Source: an uncultured Pseudomonadota bacterium (GTDB lineage: Bacteria > Vulcanimicrobiota > Vulcanimicrobiia > Eremiobacterales > Eremiobacteraceae). Taken from it: 64,000 nt of DNA. The translations under genes were made by a program, and so were the position numbers. The notes beneath the pieces were generated by a model. The model was not told the DNA's origin. It ran no database searches and saw nothing but the letters and a program-made list of their open reading frames with translations. Below, piece by piece: positions 53,601 through 63,177 of this stretch. The first letter of the stretch is position 1. Every line of letters begins with the position of its first letter. The stretch lies in the NCBI GenBank assembly GCA_963736005.1, contig CAVTNB010000001.1, forward strand, positions 1,184,001 to 1,248,000. Direction: 5' to 3'.

Positions 53601-54929
53601 ATGCTGGAAACCTCCGCCGCCATTCCTACCTACGATCTCCCAGGGCCAAAGGGCAAAGCCATTGTGGAGCGCGAGACTGCTCGCGTCACAACCGGCACGA
53701 AGACCGCCCCGATCGTCGTCAAAACCGCAAAAGGCCTCATGGTTGAGGACGTGGATGGTAACGTCTTTTTAGACTTCACCAATGGCATGGTTGCAGCAAC
53801 GGGTCACGCGCATCCGAAAGTGGCCGCGGCGATCACGCAGCAAGCCGAGCGCTGGATCTTCATCAACAGTCCCGACTTCTATTCACCGCTGCAAGCCGAA
53901 GTCGCCGAACGGCTGGCGAAGCTGGTTCCGGGCATCGCGAACAAGAAAGTTTTCTTGTGCAATAGCGGTAGCGAAGCCAACGAGGCCGCCATCAAGGCCA
54001 CGCGCTGGAACAAGCCGACGCGCAAGCGCCTCATTGCCTTCCTCGGAGCGTTTCACGGAAGAACCATGGGTGCGAATTCCATGACCGCGAGCAAAATAGT
54101 ACAGCGCGCGCGCTTCACCTCAAATATTCCCGACGTGCATCACCTGCCCTACGCATCGTGCTACCGATGTCCTTACAAAATGTCATATCCCAACTGCGAT
54201 ATCTGGTGCGCGCGGATTTTGGAAGAGGTCTACTTCAAGCAACTTATCCCACCCGACGAAGTCTCCGCGATTTTTGTCGAACCCATTCAGGGTGAGGGTG
54301 GGTACATTGTGCCACCACCGGAATTTATTCAAATCATTCGCGACATCGCCGCGCGTTACGGCATCGCCTACGTGGACGACGAAGTGCAAGCGGGCATGGG
54401 GAAAACCGGAAAGATGCTGGCGATCGAACACTTCGGCGTCACCGCCAACTGCACGTCCATCGGGAAAGCCGTGGGCTCCGGCGTTGCGGTCGCGGCGCAA
54501 GTGCTCGATGCCGATTTGGATTTTGGGGCTCAAGGCGCGCACTCGAACACCTTCGGCGGAAATGGCATCGCCTTGGCCGCGGTCAAAGCCACGCTGGATG
54601 TGATGGAAGAGGAACATCTCGTCGAGCGTGCCCGCGACCTCGGTGCTTATTTCTTTGGGAAGTTGCGCGAGCTTGCGGAGCGGTTCCCAGTCATCGGGGA
54701 TGTCCGCGGCAAAGGCCTCATGCTGGCGGTTGATTTCGTCACCGACCGTGTGTCGCGCAATCACAACCCGGAGTTTCGCGACCGCGTCTTGGGTCGATGC
54801 TTCGTGCACGGACTCATGCTCTTGCCGGCAGGCTTCTCTGCAATCCGCTTTACGCCGGCGCTCGTGGTTGATCGCACGCAGATCGACCATGCTGTTGCGG
54901 TGCTCGATCGATCGATCCGCGAAGCCTAA
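53601..54929 (+). CDS. Class III PLP aminotransferase (4-aminobutyrate/ornithine type)
   Basis: DVDGN.FLDF, NSGSEANE, FHGRT, EPIQGEGG, DEVQAG, GKA, HSNTFGGN. Confidence 0.93.
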   Translation: MLETSAAIPTYDLPGPKGKAIVERETARVTTGTKTAPIVVKTAKGLMVEDVDGNVFLDFTNGMVAATGHAHPKVAAAITQQAERWIFINSPDFYSPLQAEVAERLAKLVPGIANKKVFLCNSGSEANEAAIKATRWNKPTRKRLIAFLGAFHGRTMGANSMTASKIVQRARFTSNIPDVHHLPYASCYRCPYKMSYPNCDIWCARILEEVYFKQLIPPDEVSAIFVEPIQGEGGYIVPPPEFIQIIRDIAARYGIAYVDDEVQAGMGKTGKMLAIEHFGVTANCTSIGKAVGSGVAVAAQVLDADLDFGAQGAHSNTFGGNGIALAAVKATLDVMEEEHLVERARDLGAYFFGKLRELAERFPVIGDVRGKGLMLAVDFVTDRVSRNHNPEFRDRVLGRCFVHGLMLLPAGFSAIRFTPALVVDRTQIDHAVAVLDRSIREA

Positions 54930-54944
54930 TGTAGCCGCAACAAC

Positions 54945-56276
54945 ATGGAGCTGCGCGAGGCTTTTGCCAGCGAACTCTCCGGACGGCCGGTCGAGCTTTT
55001 GACCGGAACGCAGCGGTCCCGCATCGGCAGGGTTGCGGACATCGCCGTGGCCGGTTCTGAAAACTTTCCGCCGGTGGTTGGACTTTATGTGAAGGGGAAC
55101 GATGGCGTTGTTCGTTACGCGCCGTTCCCAAGCATCATTTCCATCACTGACCGCGAGGTGACGCTCGGCGCTCCGCCAGTGGAAGGGAGCGCGGCTCCCG
55201 TGGCGATCGACGAGCTGCTCCTGCAAAAGGAATTACTCGACAAACAGATCGTTGACGTGGACGGACATAAAGTCGTCAGAGTCAACGACGTGAAGCTCGC
55301 ACCGGCCGGCGGACAGTTGCGCGTCATCGCGGCTGACGTCGGGCTCTCCGGCCTTTTGCGCAGACTCGGCCTTCGACATCTTGGGGACCAAGTGCTCGAT
55401 CGCATGCCCAAAGCGGGTGTCGGCGCTTCATTGATTTCTTGGGATGCAGTGCAGCCATTAGGCCTTGAGAGTCCTAGCGGCGCTCTGCGGTTGCGCGTCA
55501 CGCACGATAGGATAAATCGGATACATCCTGCCGACCTTGCGGGAATCATTCAAGAGCTTTCCGTTGCCGATCAAGCCTCACTCGTCGGCTCGCTGGACGA
55601 AGAGACCGCAGCCGACGCGCTCGAACAGCTGCCCATGGACACGCAGCTCTCCATCCTCGAGGACCTCAATCCGGCTCAGGCCGCGGACATTATCGAGAAT
55701 ATGACGCCGGACGATGCTGCCGATCTCCTTGGCGAAATCGAAACCGACAAGCAGCAAGAGATTTTGGAATTGATGGAGCCCGAGGAAGCCGAAGACGTGC
55801 GCGAGCTTTTGGCACACCCTGAACAAACCGCCGGCGGGCTCATGACGACCGAATACCTCTCGATACCGCCTGGTCTTACCGCGGCGCAAACCTTCGATCA
55901 CATCCGCAAGACCGCCGAGGACGCCGAGCTGGTGTACTACATTTACGTGCTCGACGCCAACGAACGCATCTTGGGCGTCGTGTCCCTGCGAGAGCTGATC
56001 AAGGCGGAACCTGGAGCGCTCATCTCCGACCTGGCTCGCGATGATATCGTGACCGTGAACCTCAACACGCCCCGCGACGAGGTGGCCACCACCATCGCGC
56101 GGTATGACTTCGTCGCCCTGCCAGTCGTCGACAAGGATGGGATCATGCGCGGCATCGTGACGGTCGACGACGTCGTCGACGTGCTGCTGCCGGAAAAACT
56201 TCGCAAGATGCTCCCACGGGTTGGCAAGTCACGCTCCAAGGCCCACCTACCAACGACAAAAAGCTCGGCCAGCTAA
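54945..56276 (+). CDS. MgtE intracellular N-domain / CBS-pair protein without TM domain
   Basis: LLDKQIVDVDG.KVVRVND, HPADLA, PDDAADLL, TAGGLMTTE, GIVTVDDV. Confidence 0.88.
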   Translation: MELREAFASELSGRPVELLTGTQRSRIGRVADIAVAGSENFPPVVGLYVKGNDGVVRYAPFPSIISITDREVTLGAPPVEGSAAPVAIDELLLQKELLDKQIVDVDGHKVVRVNDVKLAPAGGQLRVIAADVGLSGLLRRLGLRHLGDQVLDRMPKAGVGASLISWDAVQPLGLESPSGALRLRVTHDRINRIHPADLAGIIQELSVADQASLVGSLDEETAADALEQLPMDTQLSILEDLNPAQAADIIENMTPDDAADLLGEIETDKQQEILELMEPEEAEDVRELLAHPEQTAGGLMTTEYLSIPPGLTAAQTFDHIRKTAEDAELVYYIYVLDANERILGVVSLRELIKAEPGALISDLARDDIVTVNLNTPRDEVATTIARYDFVALPVVDKDGIMRGIVTVDDVVDVLLPEKLRKMLPRVGKSRSKAHLPTTKSSAS

Positions 56277-57595
56277 GAACCCAGCGACGGAAAAATGAGC
56301 TGGAGCGTGGAGATGACGGTCAGCACACCCACGATGATGACCGTTGCCCAAGCAATGAGGTTAAACACGAGCGAGTTCGTATACTCACCCATCAGCGCTC
56401 TGTTGTTGATGAGCAGCAGCATGAGAATGAGCACGACCGGGAGCAACGCGCCGTTGACGACCTGGGAGTAAAAGATAATCGCCAGCAGCGGGGCGCCGGG
56501 GATCAAAACCACAACCCCTCCTATGACGATGAGCGCGGCGTACAGCCCATAGAAAACGGGTGCCTCTCGAAAGCGCCTTTCGACTCCCGACGCGAACCCG
56601 AAGGCCTCGCACACGTAGTAGGCCGTGGAAAGCGGCAGAATCGAAGCGGTAAAAACTGCGGCATTCAAGAGGCCAATCGCAAACAACACGGCTGCAAACT
56701 TTCCTGCCAGCGGCTCTAATGCCGCAGCAAGCTGGCCTGCATCGGTGATAACGATTTGCGCATGTGGTCCTGCATATTGGTTGTGAACGAAGATCGTGGT
56801 TGCGCTTGCCACGATGATAAAGAATGCGATGATGTCTGTAAAGATTGCGCCGGTGACGACGTCGATGCGCGAATACTTGTATTCTTGGATCTTCACCCCT
56901 TTCTCAACGATGGCCGATTGGATGTAGAACTGCATCCACGGGGAGATCGTCGTGCCGATGACGCCGATCGCCATGAGAATATAGGCGTTGGTCGGCGTAA
57001 AGTGGGGGAGGAGAAACTGCTTCATAACGTCGTGCCAGTCGGGGGCAACAATGAAACCGCTGATCACATACGAGATATAAACGAAGCAAAAGAAAAAGAA
57101 AATCTTTTCGACAAATCGATAGTTGCCGCGCGTGACAATGACAAACACGAACACCGCCGCAGCGGGGACGAGCACATACTTGGACAGCCAGGGGATCGAC
57201 GTCTGAAAGATGGGAGCGGCAGTTGCGACGCCTGCAAACTCGGAAGCGGTGTTGCCAATATCGCCAAGAACGAAAGCGAGCATTACCCAAAAGGTCAACC
57301 TCACCCCGAAGTTCTCGCGGATGAGATCGGCGAGACCTTTGCCGGTCACCGCTCCCATTCGCGCGCACATTTCTTGGACGACAACCAAGGCGAGGGTGAC
57401 CGGTATCAAAAGCCACAAGAGCGAGTAGCCAAACTGCGCACCGGCGAGCGAGTATGTGGTGACGCCGCCCACATCGTTGTCAGCATTGGCGGTGATGATG
57501 CCAGGCCCGATGACGGAAAGAAACATGAGGGCGGAGCGCCAGATGTTTGGTTTTTGCGCCGCAATTCGCTTGGTGACTGTCTGCAACGTTGCCAT
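56273..57595 (-). CDS. NRAMP-related divalent metal (probably Mg2+) transporter
   Basis: GPGIITANADNDVGG, QEMCARMGAVTGKGL, GTTISPWMQF; ~11 TM helices. Confidence 0.9.
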   Translation of the reverse strand: MATLQTVTKRIAAQKPNIWRSALMFLSVIGPGIITANADNDVGGVTTYSLAGAQFGYSLLWLLIPVTLALVVVQEMCARMGAVTGKGLADLIRENFGVRLTFWVMLAFVLGDIGNTASEFAGVATAAPIFQTSIPWLSKYVLVPAAAVFVFVIVTRGNYRFVEKIFFFFCFVYISYVISGFIVAPDWHDVMKQFLLPHFTPTNAYILMAIGVIGTTISPWMQFYIQSAIVEKGVKIQEYKYSRIDVVTGAIFTDIIAFFIIVASATTIFVHNQYAGPHAQIVITDAGQLAAALEPLAGKFAAVLFAIGLLNAAVFTASILPLSTAYYVCEAFGFASGVERRFREAPVFYGLYAALIVIGGVVVLIPGAPLLAIIFYSQVVNGALLPVVLILMLLLINNRALMGEYTNSLVFNLIAWATVIIVGVLTVISTLQLIFPSLGS

Positions 57596-57664
57596 AAAAT
57601 ACGATGACCGCCAAGGCTCCTCGCACTCAACGGTCATGAAAACTGCCGCAATCAGCCCGCTCGG

Positions 57665-57825
57665 CACCTCATGCGTTGAGTTTTGGCACGACGCGCCATA
57701 AAGTCATTAAGACTTAGCCGTCTTAGATATCGCCTTACTTCGGCGATGCCTGGTCACCCATTGGGGTCTCTCGACCTTTCCGGGTAGCGGCCTTTCTGCG
57801 TGTCGACGCCTCACCTAACGAGGCT
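57665..57825 (-). ncRNA. M-box (ykoK) Mg2+ riboswitch
   Basis: Minus strand reads CCTCGTTAGGTGAGGC..GGCCGCTACCCGGAAAGGTCGAGAGACCCCAATGGGT..TAAGG..GTGCCAAAACTCAACG..GAGG. Confidence 0.92.
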
Positions 57826-57836
57826 TGTTTTCACAC

Positions 57837-57866
57837 ATTCTACCGCGGCTTGCGAGCTTGAGTCAA
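57837..57866 (-). promoter_or_regulatory. sigma70 promoter for the M-box leader
   Basis: TTGACT, 18 nt, TAGAAT, just upstream of the riboswitch. Confidence 0.65.
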
Positions 57867-57944
57867 CCTGTGCGTCTTCGTGCGGCGGGTAAAAAGGGCG
57901 TGGGCCGCCAACAGCACCAGCTTCGGCCCGTTTGAAATAGGATC

Positions 57945-59156
57945 ATGACCGCAGATGAACTTGCGTCTCTGAGTGAAAAGGCTGCGCGCCTCATTGCGGG
58001 CGGCGGTGGCCTTCGCGCGCTGGCACAAATGTTGGCCGACGAGACGCAGGGCGCCGTCCTGATCGAGGACGACAAGTGGCGCCATCTCGCGCTTGCCGAA
58101 TCACGCGGCGGCGTTGGGTCGTTACCCCCCTCCTTTGCTCCCTTCTACCGTAAAGCTCGTCAGGCTGACAAAAATGGTACGGTCGTGCGTGCAGCAGTCT
58201 CGCCATCGCTGCACGCGCTTTGCGTGCAAATGCCGGGTGCAGGAGACGCGGAGGCAGGTCCGGGTTACGTCACGCTGTTCGTCCGCGAAAAGAGCCGCGC
58301 GGACGCAATTCCGGCCCTTCGAATCGCGGCCAGCGCGGTGGGTGTGGAGTACGCGCGCCGCGGCGCGGGTCGCGGGCAAGGCAAGCTCGCCTTCTGGGAG
58401 CATTTTTTGAGCGGCGACATGACCGATGCGGCGGACGTCAGGGCCCAAGCGCAAGCGCTGGGCATCGCGCTCGCGCCGGCGTATCTGGTGAGCGTGTTCG
58501 ATCTCGAAGGCGCTTCGCCGCAAACCTGCCGCGATGTCGTTGTGCAGGCGCTTGCACCCGCCGACGCGACGTGCCCGTTGAGCGGCGCCGGGACGCAAGT
58601 CATCGCGCTCTTTCCGGTTCGGCACCAAGTCGACGTAGCGCGCGCACGCCAAGCCGCAGCGAATGCGGTCCGCGACCTGCCAGAGCAAGGCGCGGCCAAA
58701 TCGGTGAACTGCGGTATCGGCGCGTTTCACGCGGATTTGCTCGAAGTACCGATTGGTCTGCGCGAAGCGCGCGAGTCGCTGACCCTTGGGCGCCGGCTCT
58801 TCGGCCGCGGCAGCATGGCGGTTTATCCGGATTTGGGGATCTATGCGCTCCTCCATGCCGGCACCGATCGCGACGACTTCGTCGCGTTCTCGCAATCGCT
58901 CATCGAGCCGCTGCAAGCCTACGACCGCAAACACAAAACCGATTTGCTCGCGACACTGCAACTGTATTTCGATGTCGGTGAAAACGTGAAAGAAGCAGCT
59001 GAGCGGCTCACGGTGCATCGCCACACGATCTTCTACCGCCTCAACCAAATTTCTCAAATCCTCAAGATCGATCTGCGGACTCCCAAGGGCCAGCTTTCGC
59101 TGCGGGCGGCGCTTGCGATCAAGCAGATGAATACCCCCGAGGAGATGCATGACTAG
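57945..59156 (+). CDS. PucR/CdaR family transcriptional regulator
   Basis: C-terminal LLATLQLYF..NVKEAAERLTVHRHTIFYRLNQI; GIG..A/YPDLGIYALL region. Confidence 0.9.
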   Translation: MTADELASLSEKAARLIAGGGGLRALAQMLADETQGAVLIEDDKWRHLALAESRGGVGSLPPSFAPFYRKARQADKNGTVVRAAVSPSLHALCVQMPGAGDAEAGPGYVTLFVREKSRADAIPALRIAASAVGVEYARRGAGRGQGKLAFWEHFLSGDMTDAADVRAQAQALGIALAPAYLVSVFDLEGASPQTCRDVVVQALAPADATCPLSGAGTQVIALFPVRHQVDVARARQAAANAVRDLPEQGAAKSVNCGIGAFHADLLEVPIGLREARESLTLGRRLFGRGSMAVYPDLGIYALLHAGTDRDDFVAFSQSLIEPLQAYDRKHKTDLLATLQLYFDVGENVKEAAERLTVHRHTIFYRLNQISQILKIDLRTPKGQLSLRAALAIKQMNTPEEMHD

Positions 59157-60474
59157 ACGAGAGCTGGTCAAACGGGCGAAGGACGCGGGCGTGCGGCTCG
59201 TCCGTTTGCAATTTAGCGATATTCACGGGGTAACGAAGAACGTCGCCATTCCCATCGGCGAATTGGACGCTGCGCTCGAGGGCAAAGTCGCCTTCGATGG
59301 CTCGTGCATCGAGGGATTCGTTCGCTTCGAAGAGCTCGACATGAATCTGGCGCCCGACCCAGAGACGTTTGCCCTGTTGCCGACGCTGCCCGGCGCGCCG
59401 CTTGAGGCTCGCCTGCTGTGCGACGTGCACAATCCCGATGGCACACCCTTTGAGGGCTGCACGCGCAGCACGCTACGCCGCGTGCTCGAGGAAGTAAAGA
59501 AAGAAGGATATACGCCGCGCGTGTCAGCCGAGCTCGAGTTTTTTCTCTTCGAGCGAGCACCTGAGGGTCGACAAGCGACCGCGACGAGCGATCGCGGCTC
59601 CTACTTCGATCTCAGCCCGATCGACCGCGGCGACCTGGCGCGTTGCGACATGGCGCTCGTGCTCGAAGAGATGGGGGTCCGCGTCGAGGCGACGCACCAC
59701 GAGGTCTCGCACGGTCAGCACGAGATCGACTTGGGGTTCTCGGACGCGTTGACCCTCGCGGATGCAATTGCGACGGCGCGAGTGGTGGTAAAAACAGTTG
59801 CTGCCCGGCATAACCTGCACGCCACCTTCATGCCGAAGCCGCTCGTCAATCAAGATGGCAGCGGGCTCCACTTTGCGCAGTTTCTCGTTCGCGATGACGC
59901 CAACGCGTTTTTCGATCGGGACAATCGCGGCCCCGCGGGACTGAGCGAAACCGGGCTATCGTATGTCGGCGGATTGCTCGAGCACGCTCGTGGCTTCACG
60001 CTTGTAACGAATCCAACCGTGAACTCGTACAAGAGGTTGGTGCCCGGCTACGATGCACCCTCGTACATTCAGTGGTCGCAGCGCGCAAAGAGCGCACTCA
60101 TACGAGTCCCTGAAAACGCCACCGGCGATGTGATAGTGGAATTGCGCTCTCCCGATCCGTCATGCAATCCCTATCTCGCGCTTGCCTGCGTGCTCAAGGC
60201 TGGCATCGATGGCGTCCGGCGCAAGCTGGTGCCGGGAGATCCCGTGGAATCAATCGCCTCGCAACTCAGCGATGACGAGCGGACGAATCTGGGTATCGGC
60301 CAGCTGCCGGTGTCATTGCAGGAGGCAGTCTACGCGCTCGGAGAGGATCCTGTGGTTCGCGCGGCTCTCGGGGACCACAGCTATCACCGTCTACGGGAAG
60401 CAAAACTGGCCGAGTGGGAGACGTATCGGACGCAAGTCCATCCATGGGAACTTGACGCGTATCTGAGCCTGTAG
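59149..60474 (+). CDS. glnA: Type I glutamine synthetase family protein (atypical active-site motifs)
   Basis: FDGSCIEGF, ELEFF, HHEVSHGQHEI, ATFMPKP, GSGLH, NSYKRLVPG, ELRSPD..NPYL. Confidence 0.85.
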   Translation: MTRRELVKRAKDAGVRLVRLQFSDIHGVTKNVAIPIGELDAALEGKVAFDGSCIEGFVRFEELDMNLAPDPETFALLPTLPGAPLEARLLCDVHNPDGTPFEGCTRSTLRRVLEEVKKEGYTPRVSAELEFFLFERAPEGRQATATSDRGSYFDLSPIDRGDLARCDMALVLEEMGVRVEATHHEVSHGQHEIDLGFSDALTLADAIATARVVVKTVAARHNLHATFMPKPLVNQDGSGLHFAQFLVRDDANAFFDRDNRGPAGLSETGLSYVGGLLEHARGFTLVTNPTVNSYKRLVPGYDAPSYIQWSQRAKSALIRVPENATGDVIVELRSPDPSCNPYLALACVLKAGIDGVRRKLVPGDPVESIASQLSDDERTNLGIGQLPVSLQEAVYALGEDPVVRAALGDHSYHRLREAKLAEWETYRTQVHPWELDAYLSL

Positions 60475-60481
60475 ACAGGGG

Positions 60482-60563
60482 CGCGATAACGCGCGAATAA
60501 ATTCGCGCGACTACATTTTACGCGATAATGCGCGAATAAGTTCGCGCGACTACATTTTACGCG
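60482..60563 (-). repeat. Tandem 39-bp duplication containing family B REPs
   Basis: CGCGATAACGCGCGAATAAATTCGCGCGACTACATTTTA at 60482 and 60521 (2 mismatches). Confidence 0.9.
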
Positions 60564-62371
60564 GGGATATTTGCTGCTGCGCGCAACCGCGCACTCTCCA
60601 CGGCAATGCCGGCGAGCTGGGCGAACACTTCTATTGTTCTGATCGTCTCGTCGCGCGGCACGCGATGATCCTTGGGATCGTCTGGCGAGAGCAAGCCTAT
60701 CATCATCCCGGCTGAATCGAAAATGGGGAAGAGTAACAGATCGTTTTCGTGCCAGTCGCCGGGTTGAATGCGCGGCAGCTCGAGTCGATCCGGGTGCCGC
60801 GTCACGCCCCCCTCATGATGCAACTCCATCGGCACGTAGTAAAACGTCCCCCGCACTTTCGTCGCAGGGGTCATGTCGCGCTGAACCTCTTCGGGGGAGA
60901 GCTCAACGCCCTCCACGCCATCCGGATACCCCACAGCGGCATGGCGCACGTAAACATTGCGATGCGGATCGCGCAAGAGAATCGTTCCAGCAGAGAACCC
61001 GAACGTTTCAGTGGCGACTTGGAGAATGCGCCGAAGCATCGTCTTGAGACTGCGCTCGCGGAAGATAGCGGCCGTCAGATCCAGAATGCGGGCGAGCCGG
61101 TCAGCCTGAAGCCTTCGCTCTTCCGCCAAGGCCTCGACATTTGAATACAAGCGCTTGATTTCGATATTCTGTTCGGAGAGCGTATTCGCGCGACTTTTTT
61201 CGGTCGCCACGATGTGCACGTTCTCGATCGCGGCGGCAGCCAAGCGTGCGAAAAGCGCGATGTTGTCAATCGTTTCGTCGGATGGAATCTTCCCATCCGC
61301 GGGCGCATCGGGGATAAGCAACCCAATCACTTCACCAGACGAACTGCGCAAGGCAAAGATGAGCGTATCCGCCTCGTGCCAAGCACCCGCTGCGGAACGC
61401 CGCTGGTTCACAAGATCGGCGTTATAACAATAGCCGGGCTCCGTATACCATGTCTGCCGTTCGACCGGTGCGTAATAGACGGAAGGGCGAATGGCAAAGC
61501 GCTTGTCCATTTTCAGATCGCTCAAAGCAAAGGGCACTCGTCGCTGCCGAAGCTCTGCTTCCGTCTGCGGCGGATAGCCGCGAACGGCAGTATAAAGGTA
61601 GGATTCGCGCTCGCGTTCGGCAATGAGGATCGCTCCCGCGCGGAAGCCGAACGATTGCATAGTCACGTCCAGCATGCGATCGAGGAGCGCGTTGAGTTGG
61701 CGCTCGCGTAGCAAGCTTACGGCGAGTTCGGTGACCTTCTTGAGCGTCGAGGCTTGCACATCGGCGCGCGTGCGCATTTCTTCTTGAGCGCGTAACGCCT
61801 TTTCGAGCTTCTCTTGCTGCGTTGCAAGCTTCTCACTGCGAAGCGCCACACCCCAAACGAAATGACGGACAGCAAGCACGGTCAACCAGATGATTCCGAC
61901 GTCAAAAATAAACCGCCCAAGTTGCGGTTCGCCCGCCGGTGCCATTAAGTGAAACGCGAATGCCGCGGCCAGCAAGATCGTACCCACGATTGCGACGCCA
62001 GCAGCGCCTGCGATTTGTTCGCGCACGCCACCCCACATGAGTGGAACGAGAATGGCAATCCATACTTCTGGCAAGGTGGGCAGATACAAGACGACCGGCA
62101 CCATCAAGACGAGCATGTCGAGGGCCAACAAGCTCACACCGGCCCATCGGATTTGATCGACGCGCGTCGCGCGACTGACGATGTTAGCCGCGATGATGCC
62201 CTGAGCCAGCCACGTGACAATGATTGCGACTTGCAGCCAGCGCGAGTAGTGCCATGGGAGCACCACAAACATAATCGCGGCGACGCCAATCGAGATAAGC
62301 CGAGATTTGAGGATGCTGCTCTCGATCCAGCGTGCCTCTTCGACCGATCGGCGGAAGGTAAAATCTGTCAT
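60557..62371 (-). CDS. Membrane protein with coiled coil and two GAF domains, no output domain
   Basis: ~5-6 TM helices; two homologous units RER.L..(L/M)L....FGF.AG.IL .. WHE.D.L.F....G..IGLL.PD.P.D...P.DETI. Confidence 0.8.
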   Translation of the reverse strand: MTDFTFRRSVEEARWIESSILKSRLISIGVAAIMFVVLPWHYSRWLQVAIIVTWLAQGIIAANIVSRATRVDQIRWAGVSLLALDMLVLMVPVVLYLPTLPEVWIAILVPLMWGGVREQIAGAAGVAIVGTILLAAAFAFHLMAPAGEPQLGRFIFDVGIIWLTVLAVRHFVWGVALRSEKLATQQEKLEKALRAQEEMRTRADVQASTLKKVTELAVSLLRERQLNALLDRMLDVTMQSFGFRAGAILIAERERESYLYTAVRGYPPQTEAELRQRRVPFALSDLKMDKRFAIRPSVYYAPVERQTWYTEPGYCYNADLVNQRRSAAGAWHEADTLIFALRSSSGEVIGLLIPDAPADGKIPSDETIDNIALFARLAAAAIENVHIVATEKSRANTLSEQNIEIKRLYSNVEALAEERRLQADRLARILDLTAAIFRERSLKTMLRRILQVATETFGFSAGTILLRDPHRNVYVRHAAVGYPDGVEGVELSPEEVQRDMTPATKVRGTFYYVPMELHHEGGVTRHPDRLELPRIQPGDWHENDLLLFPIFDSAGMMIGLLSPDDPKDHRVPRDETIRTIEVFAQLAGIAVESARLRAAANIPA

Positions 62372-62434
62372 GTTGAGATGGGCGCCCACATGAGGGCGTC
62401 GCATTAAGTTATCGGCAAACCGTCCTGCCGGTCG

Positions 62435-62467
62435 TAATCGCGGGGCACGCCCGCGCTAATGAACCGT
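62435..62467 (-). promoter_or_regulatory. Candidate bacterial SECIS element
   Basis: Stem CGCGGG/CCCGCG with loop CGUGC; the loop starts 18 nt after the UGA. Confidence 0.65.
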
Positions 62468-62680
62468 TCAGGCCCCGTCAAAACCGACGACCACTTTGCC
62501 GTCCGGTTGGACGATCGTTGGGACCTTCAAGCCGCCCGAGAGCTTGCGCATTTCTTCCCGAGCCGCCAAATCGTGTTGCACGTCAATTTGACGGAACGGC
62601 ACCTTGCGCTGCTGGAAGTCAGCCAACGCGGCGGCGCAGTAGGGGCACCCCGGCTTTGTGTAGATCAGGGTCTCAGGCAT
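62456..62680 (-). CDS. Glutaredoxin-like protein, probable C-terminal selenoprotein (UXX-star type)
   Basis: YTKPGCPYC..VPTI..VGFDGA, then TGA-ACG-GTT-CAT-TAG. Ends at 62468 if TGA is a stop. Confidence 0.8.
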
Positions 62681-62733
62681 TTGTCTCCACCGTCGGAAGG
62701 TGACCGCGCGTAGCGTGGTGGACGCTCCCGGTC

Positions 62734-63105
62734 ATGCGTATCATTTCCTCAACAGCAGCGCCGAAACCCGTCGCGGCATACAGCCAAGCGGTCGAGGCTA
62801 ACGACTTCATCTTTACCGCGGGTCAATTGGGCCTCAACCCGCAGACAGGTTTACTAGAAGCGGGCCTCGAGGCGCAGGCGGAGCAAGTCTTCCGCAACCT
62901 AACGGCAATCCTAGAAGCAGCGGGCTCGCGATTCGACCGGGTTGTCAAGGTCACAATCTATCTCGCGGATCTGACCCACTTTGCCCTCGTGAACGGCATC
63001 TACGAACGATACGTTGGTGCGCACCGACCAGCGCGCACAACGATTCAAGCCGGCGCACTCCCTCAGGGTGCCTTGATTGAAGTAGACCTGATCGCGCAAG
63101 CCTAG
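62734..63105 (+). CDS. ridA: RidA family reactive intermediate deaminase
   Basis: YSQAV, AGQLG, VVKVTIYL, N.IY, RPART, LP.GALIEVD. Confidence 0.92.
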   Translation: MRIISSTAAPKPVAAYSQAVEANDFIFTAGQLGLNPQTGLLEAGLEAQAEQVFRNLTAILEAAGSRFDRVVKVTIYLADLTHFALVNGIYERYVGAHRPARTTIQAGALPQGALIEVDLIAQA

Positions 63106-63177
63106 CAAATCAACCGATGAAATGCAGCGGGCGACTGTCCAAGTCGCCCGTCAAACGGTTACTCCGCGCTTGCGACG

